64,000 bases of DNA from NCBI GenBank assembly GCA_951406725.2, contig OX597832.1:69130001-69194000 (forward strand), read 5' to 3'. Position 1 is the first letter of the stretch; every line of letters begins with the position of its first letter. A program made the translations under genes and the position numbers. Below the pieces are notes generated by a model that was given only the letters and a program-made list of their open reading frames with translations, was not told where the DNA came from and made no database searches. Of the stretch, positions 12,640-23,878 are shown in pieces. The DNA comes from Octopus vulgaris (Eukaryota).

Positions 12640-14125
12640 CATTGTATGTTCTTTTCTGCTGTTAGGAGAGTGCAAACACACCCCTGTACTATATTGTGCT
12701 AGCTTTTTTTTGCCTTGAGGTGTGTTGGAGTTTATTTCATTGAGTAAATGCTATATAGAGTGTGTTTTGTTTTTGCAGGTTTTGTTTAGGTGGTATTATT
12801 GGATTGATAGAGTCTTGTGTAGGATGTGTTCCTAGCAGGGATATTTCTTGGACAGTGTGTAGTGTTGAGGATCTGGGTATAGTAACTTGTACATTTTTGT
12901 TTATACAATTTTTTATCATGCCCAATGCTCCAATTATTATTAGTTTTGTTTTCACCTTCATGCCCCACATTTTGAATACTTCAATGTCGAGGTCTTTTTA
13001 CTTTGACAATTTCTCCTCTTCATTTTTGACAATATTTTGACCAGAAAGGGCTGCAATGTCTATTAGTAAGTAGGTGCTCTTTTTCTAATCCTTGACTATT
13101 ATGTCTGGGTGATTAGCTTTTATTTCTTTGTCAGTTTGAATAGACACATCCCAGATGATTGTGGCCTGGTTGTTGTCATGTACCTTGTTCGGCACATGCT
13201 TATACCATTTATTATCAGTTTTTATGTTGTAGTGTTGGCATATTGTCCAATGGATATAACTATTTACTCATTCATGTTTATATATATATATTCAGATTTG
13301 GTAAGGACTGTACAGCCAGAAAAGATGTGCTCAACTGACTTATTGTGCTGGTTGCACATTCTGCATTTGACCTGTTTTCATTATTTTGCTTTTATAGTTG
13401 TTTGTAGTCAGGCATTGGTCTTGTGCAGTGAGAATCAGTCCCCCTGTTTCAGCTTTTAATTCTGAGCTTTTGTTAGTTTTTACCTGTGCTCACTTCTTCC
13501 CTGTCAAGCCTTGCTGGGTATTGGCCATGGAGTGATTTTTCTCTCCATTTCTTCTTTAGTATGTTTTGTAGTTGTGTTTCTATGTTGTTCTTTGTCTCTT
13601 TGACCATTTTTGCTATGTTGCCATATGAGATCAGTGTATTAGAGTAGTTTGTTTCTGTTTTGTATTTTGTTGCCTCCTTGTGTATAGGGAAAACCATTTT
13701 CTTTTTCTCGTGTTCCTTTATTACATGTAGTAGTCTTCCACTTATTGTTTCTAAGTACTTTTCTAGTCCAGCTATTATTTTTTTATAGCAGTTCTCTATC
13801 TGTGTCAAACCATGGCCTCTTTTGAGTGGGGTAGATACATTCAGTCTGCATTTGCTTTGGAGCGGTGACTTCAGTGCACTGTTAGTAGATTTCTGGTCTC
13901 TCTATCGAGGTTTCTCAATTCACTTAGCATTAATTTCAGTGTTTAATATTAGTCTAACTCTTCTGTAATACTCTCTCCTAGTTTTCTTTTTCCTTTTTGT
14001 GTGTTGTATTTTAGCTGTTTCTTCTGTTCCTAGATATTTGTATGAGCGGTTGGGGTCTAATTCTCTAATTTCTGTGTCTATGGCAAGTGCAGTGTTTCAG
14101 TGCTGAATAATTTGCCTTTTTATCG
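12640..14125 (-). mobile_element. Degenerate R4/Dong-type LINE (RT end, CCHC finger, RLE)
   Basis: Minus-strand frames give YKYLG, KSLHGQYP, KCRMC..VEHIFSGC, YIHWTICQHY, IIWDVSIQTDKEIKANHPDII and MWGMK..IIGALGMI, with stops and frameshifts. Confidence 0.88.
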
Positions 14126-14427
14126 TTCAAGCATCTGACAAGCAAATCCGTGGTATTTAGCAGAATATTTGTGTAGCTCATCTTTTATAACAAGACAAAA
14201 CAATGTACATGATAACACTTCACCTGTCACTGCATTCTGAGTCCAAATTCCATCAGGGTCGACTTTACCTTCCATCTTTCTGGGGTCAATAAAATAAATA
14301 CCAGCTGAACACTGGGGTCAATGTAATTGACTCATCCTCTCTCCAAAAACTGCTGTCCTTGTGGCAAAATTTGAAACCATCATCATCATCATCATTATTA
14401 TTATTATCATCATTCTTATCATTATTT

Positions 14428-14641
14428 AAGGTGGTGTGCTGGCAGAATCATTAGCATGCCAAGCAAAATGCTTAGCAGTGTTTTGTCTGCTGCTACATTC
14501 TGAGTTCAAATTTCACTGAGGTTGACTTTGCCTTTCATCCTTTCGGGGTCGATAAATTAAGTACCAGTGAAACACTGGGGTCGATGTAATCGACTAGTCC
14601 CTTCCCCAAAAATTTCAGGCCTTGTGCTTTTAGTAGAAAGG

Positions 14642-14642
<1 letters not shown>
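14428..14642 (+). mobile_element. tRNA-derived SINE family B ending in (TAA)n (representative copy)
   Basis: A-box TGGCAGAATC, B-box GAGTTCAAAT and conserved centre GACTTTGCCTTTCATCCTTTCGGGGTCGATAAA. Other copies near 10550-10725(-), 14230-14380(+), 18360-18490(-), 18970-19190(-), 19300-19500(-), 21540-21755(+), 21785-21990(+), 34215-34420(-), 60890-61110(+) and 63320-63505(-). Confidence 0.85.
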
Positions 14643-14703
<61 letters not shown>

Positions 14704-14722
14704 CATTATTATTATTATTATT
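14642..14722. repeat. (TTA)n microsatellite (SINE tail)
   Basis: Trinucleotide run seen directly. Confidence 0.95.
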
Positions 14723-15539
14723 CTCATCATCACCAGAGTTTCTTTTCCCACCTCAATCATCATTATTGTCATCATCAATATTACTTTCAGCAAAAGGTAG
14801 AACACAAATGCAAACACCACCAAAGAACAAAGAAAAAAACCCAGAAATAATATAATTTATAATCATTATATTATAACAATGACACTATTAGAGAGAGAGA
14901 GAGAGAGAGAGAGGGAATAAATTCATAACAAATTTCTGTTAGGAACAAAACTAGTTTAATTCTCGTTTAAGGTTTTGATTTCATTACTAAAATTAAAACT
15001 TTTTTCACTTTTTATTTCATTCAATTTCTGTTGATTCTTAAATTAATTCAATTTATTCATTTCTTTTTATTCATTAATTCTATTCTTACTGACTATAATT
15101 GTGTGTGTTGTATACATAAATATATATACACACATATATATATATACACACACACACCTATATAGTTAGATAGATATATAGATATATGTGTATGTATGTG
15201 CATGTATATGTATGTATGTGCATGTATATGTATGTATGTATATGTATATATATACACACACATATGCACATACACAGATAGAGCATGCATCTACAACTTC
15301 CTGGGAGAGTTACATGAATAGAGTTTTCAAGTGTGCTTCCAAGCATTCTCTTTAGAGCAAATCTCACTTAAAGACATTCAATAAATCAAACAGACCACTG
15401 AAGGCAAGATTTTTCCTTTTCCAAAGAACTCACACAATTAATAATTCTTTTAATTTGAATTTTACAGCAAATAAATTAAAGATGTGGGTTTCTTTAAAAC
15501 TTTAAAGCAAGAAATCTTGTATTCCTAAGTGCATGTATG

Positions 15540-15709
15540 AGAATGTGTGTGTGTGTGCATATATACACGTACACATATATGTATATATATATATATACAT
15601 GCATGTATATATATTCATATATGTGTGCATATATATATACATGTACATGTGCATATATATGTATATATATATATATAAGCATATATATATACATGTGCAT
15701 ATATATGTA

Positions 15710-15740
<31 letters not shown>

Positions 15741-16374
15741 GCATATATATATATGTATATATATACATTTACATACATATATATATGTTTATATATATAC
15801 ATTTACATACATATATATATGTGTATATATGTACATGTACATATATATATGCACATATATATATGTATATATATATATATATATAAACATATATATGCTA
15901 GCACGGAAAGCGGACGTTAAACGATGATGAATATATAAATATGCATATACACAACAGACATATAGAGAGAAAGAAAGGAAAAGAGGTAATGCTGAGTTGA
16001 GACAAATAGGCAAGCAAAGAAACAGGCAGACAGGCAGGCAGGCAGGAAGGCAAGCAGGCAGGAAGGCAGAGAGAGAAAAATGGAAAGCAATATTGGCATA
16101 GTTAAAATAAATGTGTCAATTAGAATATTGTTGTCAGTTATTGAGAGGAGAAACTCTCTGGATAATGGCACTGAAAAATACCAAAGTCCAAATACACAGA
16201 TAAATCAATGTTACATAGGAAGCCTTCAGCACCATATGAAACCATTCCATTACTCTCACTTTATATATATATACATATATATATACATGCATATATATAT
16301 ATATACATATATATATATACATACATGTATATATACATACATATATATATATGCATAAATATATATATATATAT

Positions 16375-16405
<31 letters not shown>

Positions 16406-16575
16406 CATATATATACATATACATATCTATATATATACATACATATATATATATATACACATCTATATATATACATACATATATATATATACATACATAT
16501 ATATATACATATATATATATGTGTGTGTGTGTGTGTGAGTGTGTGTATATGTACATATATATATATATGCAAGTA
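15540..16575. repeat. Two degenerate (TA)n/(TACA)n microsatellite fields (15540-15895 and 16262-16570)
   Basis: Seen directly; source of the YIYI ORFs. Confidence 0.9.
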
Positions 16576-16579
16576 TATA

Positions 16580-16768
16580 ATGCTGTTCATAGTGGCCCTT
16601 TCAGATATGCCCTCTGTTGCTATGATGGCCACCCTTGCTACCTATGCAGCGGCATCGAACTCCCTTGTTGACCAAGTGCCACGTATCAGAGGTGGATTCA
16701 CATATTAGTGTGGCTCATTCAATGGTGGTGCCCCAGCATGGCCGCAGCCTTCGGGCTAAAACATTTTT
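16580..16768 (+). mobile_element. Internally deleted mini-copy of the CR1/L2/Jockey-group LINE
   Basis: [22 protein letters not shown] (RT, just before YADD) is fused directly to C-terminal [16 protein letters not shown] and the 3' tail GGTGCCCCAGCATGGCCGCAGCCTTCGGGCTAAAAC. Confidence 0.85.
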
Positions 16769-16808
16769 AGGGATTTTTAAGGATATATACATACACATAT
16801 ATATATAT

Positions 16809-16862
<54 letters not shown>

Positions 16863-17348
16863 GTATATGCCGATCTTTCATGCTTTGCATGGTACTGTAG
16901 TATTATTGTTGTTGTTGTTTTTGCTATTATGTTGCTAACCGTGTGATGCATATATTGTTTTGCTGGTATTAATGTTATTAATAATAATAATAATGATATA
17001 AGTAGCAATAGTGATAATGATAATAGTAATGATGTTAATATTAATGACATTTTGTAACTTAATATAATGTACTCTGGACTTTGTATATCTACATTTGAAT
17101 ATGAATATGTGTATGTTTTCTACATTGTGATATCATAATATTGTATTGACCAACTGTAACATTGATTATAGAACATATGTATGTATATTGATTTATATTA
17201 TTATGTATATGTATATATATATATATGTATAGGAGTATGGGTATATGCACTCATATGTATGTGTATATTATATATTATGGGTATGTAGCCACTCTTGTAT
17301 GGGTGTACCTCCTCTGATATTCATATTTAATTTAGTTTGCATTTCATA

Positions 17349-17475
17349 ATCTCTGAAGAGGCCTTGGGATATTTTTGTAAGTGTCTCATTTATAACTACA
17401 TATTGACCTATCACATATGGCTAATATGAGCATAATGAGACACCCATATCTGCATGGCCGAAACAGCTGTAAGAT
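17349..17475 (+). ncRNA. Type I hammerhead ribozyme with 100-nt extended stem II
   Basis: ATCT-CTGAAGA-GGCC..GGCC-GAAAC-AGCT-GTA^AGAT: intact core, 4-bp stem I and palindromic stem III loop. Internal helices GATAT/ATATC, GTGTCTCATT/AATGAGACAC and CATATT/AATATG. Confidence 0.8.
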
Positions 17476-18321
17476 GTAGTTTATATTTATATTTGTATTT
17501 ATTTATATTCACTTATACATACTGTACTAATTGTATCATATTACTCTTTCATGTACATTGTTTTGTTCTATATTATTATGTTTGACCTTAATGTTCATAT
17601 GTAGTGGTTTAATAAATTATGTGATTGGGTAATATCTGGTAGTTGATCATTGATTAAGATGTGTTTCTCCATTTTCTTATTTTGTATATATATATATATA
17701 TATATATACATACACACATATATATATATATAGATATATACATATATATATATACATACATATATATGTACATATATATATATATATATATATACATACA
17801 TTGATTTTTCAGATTTTTGTATGCTAGGCTACTGGTTTTAAATTGATATTAATTAAATTAATATTCAGTTTATCTCCCTCATTATTTAAATGTACACATA
17901 TATATATATATATATATATCATCATCATCATTTAACGTCTGTTGTCCATGCTGGTATGGGTTGGATGGTTTGACCATGGCTGGCAAGCTGGAAGGTTGCA
18001 CCAGACCCCAGTCTGATTTGGTATGTTTTCTACAGCTGGATTCCTTCCTAACACAAATGACTCCAAGAGTGTAATGGGTAATTTTAAGCCACCGGCTTGG
18101 GTGCTATTTGCACGACACCTGTATCTGCCATGAATGTGAATTTACTTGACTTGATGGGTCTTTGTGTCAAGCACAACATAATGCCAAGGGTCTCGGTCAT
18201 TGCTTCCATACAACCAATAAAATATTTTGGTGAGTTATCTCTCAAACTGTGTAATGTGTAGTCTAGAATTATTAGGAACGACTGAGACAAGTAGTAAAGC
18301 ATAAATTGCATCAAAATCTTT

Positions 18322-18355
<34 letters not shown>

Positions 18356-18487
18356 GTGATCCTTTCTCCTTAAGGCATATGGCTTGAAATCTGATGGGAG
18401 GGGAGCAGACATCTACGGTGACCCCAGTGTTCAACTTGTGCTTATTACACTGACCCCAAAAGGATGAAAGGCAAAGCTGACCTCAAT

Positions 18488-18643
18488 GGAAGAAGAAGAA
18501 GGGGGAGGAGGAGGAGGAGGGGGGAGAGTGGAGGAGGAGAAGAAGAAGAAGAAGAAGAAGAAGAAGAAGAAGAAGAAGAAGAAAAAGAAGAAGGAGAAGA
18601 AGAAGAGGAAGAAGGAGAAGAGGAAGAAGAAGAAGAAGAAGAA
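18488..18643. repeat. (GAA)n/(GGA)n purine microsatellite
   Basis: Seen directly; interrupts a SINE B copy. Confidence 0.95.
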
Positions 18644-18689
18644 GTTTTTAAGGCGACAATTTGCCAGAGATGATTTTTAAAATGAGAAT

Positions 18690-18965
18690 ATCTGAAATAA
18701 ACTCAACTGCCCCTACAAATGAGAATACTAAAAATGAACCTGAACACTCCCAAAAATTAACTAAAAAAACAGAAAAAATAATCCAGAATCCTTGTCCAGT
18801 ACCAGATCGATCCCAAAATCTAATCAGTTCATTCCAGTTACGAGGCTAAACATCCCTGAAAGTTTCATCCGAATCCCTTGAGTGGTTTTTCAGATATCTT
18901 GTCCACGGACAAACAAACACGACTGAAAACAATACCTCTGCCTTCACTAAGGCAGAGATAATAAT
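18690..18965 (+). mobile_element. Helentron/HINE(DINE)-like non-autonomous element end
   Basis: ACAAACAAAC..GAAAACAATAC followed by the perfect 9-bp hairpin CTCTGCCTT-CACT-AAGGCAGAG (18936-18957) and an AT-rich end. Confidence 0.5.
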
Positions 18966-20662
18966 AATAAAAGCTTTTTCTAATTTTGGCAGCAGTCCAT
19001 CAATTTTGAGAGGAGAAGGCAAATCAATTACATTGATTCATTATTTCCCTGGTGCTGATTTTAACGACACCAAACGGATGAAAGGAAAATTGATCATGGC
19101 AGGAATTGAACTCAGAAGGTAAAGATTTAGAAGAAGCACCACAAAGCATTTTTTTAATGTGTTAACAATTCTGACTATTTGTCGACTTAAAAACGATAAC
19201 ACTGGTCATAAATGTTGGCCCAAGGGAGAAGGTCAAAGTTGATTATTTTGACTTCAGTACTAATGAATCAGAAAATTTTCAGCAAAGCATCTTGGTTTTA
19301 AGTCTTGGCACAAGGCCAGCAATTTCAAAAGAGGGGACATGTTGATTACATCAACCCTAGAGTTCAACTGGTACATATTTTATCAACCCTGTGAAGATGA
19401 AATGCAAAGTTGACCCTGGCCACATTTGAATTCAGAACGTGAAGTCAAATGAAATGCCACAAAGCATTTTGCTCTCATGCTGACGATTCTGCCAACTCCC
19501 CATTTTATGGGTTGCTTTAAATATTATGGCAGCAATTGTAGTGATATATTCATTTGGAACAGTTTCCAATAAATTCTTAACATAGTGAATACCCTACTGA
19601 GCAATGTAAAAAAATTCCTCTGCTAACAACTTACTTAAAAAGCATCGAAGCAAAATATTCTTTGCAATAAATATTAATAATTGCAGAGCATTTTTTCAGC
19701 TGCAGCTAAATACATATGGATAAGTAAACCCACTGCTTCTTTACCTCTTCCCACCAACTGCTTCTCAAATTTATCCTTCTGCTTAAGCTGTAGTTATTAT
19801 GTGTGTATGTGTAAGCAGGTGTCCTGCATTTAGTATCACCATGTATCTACCACTGCTTAGCAATTTCACTCTTCCTCCTATCCACTTTAACTTTTTATCT
19901 TAACTCTTTTCCTCTCTTTCTCCATCTCGCTATTTGATATAAAGCATGACTGGAGAAACCAACTGATCAACACTCCTACTGGCTTTTATTAAACAGAAAT
20001 TACTCTTTCATAGACAAGGAACAAAACATTACTGTAAATTCTCAACAACTCGCACATCAAAATATTCCGTTTTTGCCCCCACATTTCGTTATTGTCTTAG
20101 TAATTCTTTTGTGTTATACATAGATGTGTGAAGGTGGACATAGACAATTTCAGTGCTTATTTTTTGTTTGTACATGTTTAGCTTTCTACTCATGGGGATG
20201 GATATACTGTCAAAGCATAGAGGCATACAATAAATAATTATTCTAAGATTATTGCAGTAAATCTCTCCAGGTTTGATGTTCTTCCATATCATCTTCTCAT
20301 GCTGGATCATCATTGTCGTTGTCAGCGTAATCATCATTATTGTTGTTGTTGTGAGGGTGCATGGGTGGTGGGTTGTGTTCTTGAGCAAAATACTTCATCC
20401 CATGTTCCTCTCCAATCACTTCTGTATCTGACACGTGGTATACCTGTGCACTTCTTCAGGCAACATCAATTTGATGGAGGGAGTGATCTTAATGGGCATC
20501 ACATGTATTTGACCACTATAAAACAAACCATTTTACAAAAGCTGAGCACCCATATGTTGTCTTCGGCCAGAGAGTCCATCATTATTATTATTGTGGCAGT
20601 GAGCTGGCTGAATTGTTAGTTCTGGACAACATGACTTGCAGTGAATATTCTAACTCATTATT

Positions 20663-21419
20663 CTAACTTTGGCAGGATTTGAACTCAAAATGTAAAGAGT
20701 CAGAAGAAATGCCATAAATAATTTCCTCCAACATGTTAACAGTTCTGCCAGCTCACCTCTTGGAATAAGAATAATGATAACAGCAAGGATTTGGCATTTT
20801 GGTACAAGGCCATCAATTTGCATGGAAGGGCAAGTCAAATACATCGAATCCAGTGCATCACTGGTACTTATTTTACTGACCTCGAAAGGATGAAAGGCAA
20901 AGTAGACCTTGGTGGGATTTGAACTCACTATGTAAAGAGTCTGAAGAAATACCACTAAGCATTTTACCTGGCAGGCCTTCGATTCTGCTAGTTTGCCCCT
21001 TTATAATGAGTAACCTGATGATGATAATAATAATAATAATAATAATAACAATAACAATAACAATAATAATAGTAATAATAATAGTAATAATAATAATAAT
21101 AATAATAATGATAATTCTTTCTAACTTTGGCATCAGCCAGTTATTTTGAGGGTATAAATCGATTGTATCAACCCCGCAACTTGACTAATGCTTTACTTTA
21201 TTGACTGCCGGAAGAATGAACGACAAAGTTGGCCTCAGCTGGATTTGAACTAACTCATTATGTTCTTAGGCCAACTTTGTCTTTCATTCTTCCAGCAGTC
21301 AATAAAGTAAAGCATTAGTCAAGTTGCGGGGTTGATACAATCGATTTATACCCTCAAAATAACTGGTTGATGCCAAAGTTAGAGATAATTATCATTATTG
21401 TTATTATTATTATTATTAC

Positions 21420-21467
<48 letters not shown>

Positions 21468-21879
21468 TATTATTACTATTATTATTGTTATTGTTATTGT
21501 TATAATTATTATTATTATTATCATCAGGTTACTCATTATAAAGGGGCAAACTAGCAGAATCGAAGGCCTGCCAGGTAAAATGCTTAGTAGTATTTCTTCA
21601 GACTCTTTACATAGTGAGTTCAAATCCCACCAAGGTCTACTTTGCCTTTCATCCTTTCGAGGTCAATAAAATAAGTACCAGTGATGCACTGGAGTCGATG
21701 TAATTGACTTGCCCTTCCATGCAAATTGATGGCCTTGTACCAAAATGCCAAATCCTTGCTGTTATCATCATTCTTATTCCAAGAGGTGAGCTGGCAGAAC
21801 CGTTAACATGTTGGAGGAAATTATTTATGGCATTTCTTCTGACTCTTTACATTTTGAGTTCAAATCCTGCCAAAGTTAG
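20663..21879. repeat. Long inverted duplication (arms 20663-21235 and 21268-21879, 32-nt spacer)
   Basis: The arms are reverse complements across three SINE B pieces and a (TAA)n tract. The ORF track shows mirror-image translations. Confidence 0.95.
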
Positions 21880-23705
21880 CTTTACAGTTCATGCTTTCAG
21901 GGTTGATAAAATAAGTTGACCACTGGATTCAATGTAACTGACTACCCCCATTCCCTCAAAATAGCAAGCCTTTTGCCAAAATTGGTAACCCTAATTGTTT
22001 TTTTTTATAAAGATAATTGCTTCCCATGCTACGATATCATCATTATCATCATCGTTTAACGTCCATTTTCCATGCTGGCATGGGTTGGACAGTTTGAGAC
22101 TCCAATCTGATATGGCAATGTTTCTACAGCTGGATGCCCTTACTAACGCCAACCACTCTGAGAGTGTAGTGGGTGCTTTTTACATGCCACCGGCATGGGA
22201 GCCAGTCAGGGGGTACATATTACGTACCCCCACACAGGGGCCAGTCAGGCAGTCCTAATTCTATATTACACTACACCAGACATAATGCAAGAGAATGAGG
22301 AAGCTTCTCTGCCCGTGGTTCACAACCTTACTGCTTCTAAGAAGCCTTTTTATTTAAATAAACTATTCCATACACCCCCAACCCTTTCAAAGATTTGCCT
22401 ACTGAACCATTCAATGTTACTAATTAATTACAAATTTTTTTTTTCCATTCTAATCTCTTAATTAAAATATATTTCTAACTGAATATACAAATAAATGACA
22501 GAACCGATAAAAAAGAAAAAAGAAAACATTTAATATTGCTTTGTCATGACTGTTCCCAAATCCAGGTACCAAAACATCTTTCAGTTTAGGTCATCAATCA
22601 ATACAACTTCTAAAAGACTTAATGATTTCTGCAGATTTGCAGACTACTTTTGAAATATTAGAAGTTTATTTGCATCAGCCTTATCAAAATTATATCTTCT
22701 ACATTTCTGTCAGCAACTAGAGATTTAGAGTTTAGCTCACAAATTCCTACAAATGGCATTGTAGAATCTCATAGCATCATGAAGCACAGTTTGGGAACTG
22801 CTTGTATTGGGGGTTGCTCAACCCATTTGAAATAACAGTTAAATTCTTCATATCCTTCACCTACCAGCTTAAAAAAGTGCAGCACACACTGAATAATTTA
22901 ATCTTAGGAAAGAGATTGGTGGGGAGGGCTTTTTTGGTCATATTAAGAATGCTTTTAGACTTATGTCTGATTCATTAGGAATGATCTGGGTCTAAATGAC
23001 AACCCAAATGGGCATGAAGCACTGCCAAAATATCAATGAAATTGTTTGTTTGATCAGCAAGTTGTGTGGTGATTGACCTGCTCAAGCAGAGATGAACATA
23101 AAACATACAACACACACATAGCAGTTGTTTGAAATTCTATCAAAGGAAAACCCGACTTTGATCCAAACAATGGCAAATGTATCTGCAAGTAATGAAAGTA
23201 GTTCTACTGTTTAATAGAATGGATCGATAAGAATTATAGAAATGTCAGTGGAAATTTTATTGTGATGTGAAATAATTATATTTTTGCTCATAAAATAGGC
23301 CAGCATGTATGAAAGAGCCAAATGTAAACAGGTGTAATGATGCTGGTGATTCTGATAGTGGTAGAAATGGCAATGAAGATGATGATGATGGTGGTGATAT
23401 TTTTGATGATTAGGACTGATGATGGGGATGGAGTTGATGAAACTGCCTTTACTGATATCATTATTGATGAAAGCAGCAACAGTTGTGCTGACAATGATCA
23501 TAACGATGTTGATGATGATCATTCTTACAAAATCATTAACTCCCAAAATCATTAGTAATTGTGTATTTGTATAATGAGGCATGTACATTAAGCTTTTAAT
23601 AGTCCAACTCATTCACAAACACACCCACTCACATAGAAACAAAATCATACATATGTAAATGAGCATTCCAGAAAGAACTGTAATTTGCCACAATTATCAT
23701 CATAG

Positions 23706-23878
23706 TGGAGGCAGGTGGCTTAGTAGTTAGGGTGCTGGACTCATGATCGTAAGATTGTGATTTCAATTCCTGGACTGGGCAATACATTGTGTTCTTGAGC
23801 AAAACACTTCATTTCACTTCATTGCTCCAGTCCACTCAGCTGGCAAAAATGAGTCATCCTGTAACTGACCGGCATCCT
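23706..23878 (+). mobile_element. tRNA-derived SINE family C, 3'-truncated
   Basis: A-box TGGCTTAGTAG, B-box-like ATTTCAATTCC, CORE-like CTTGAGCAAAACACTT and TTGCTCCAGTCCACTCAGCTG. Confidence 0.7.
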
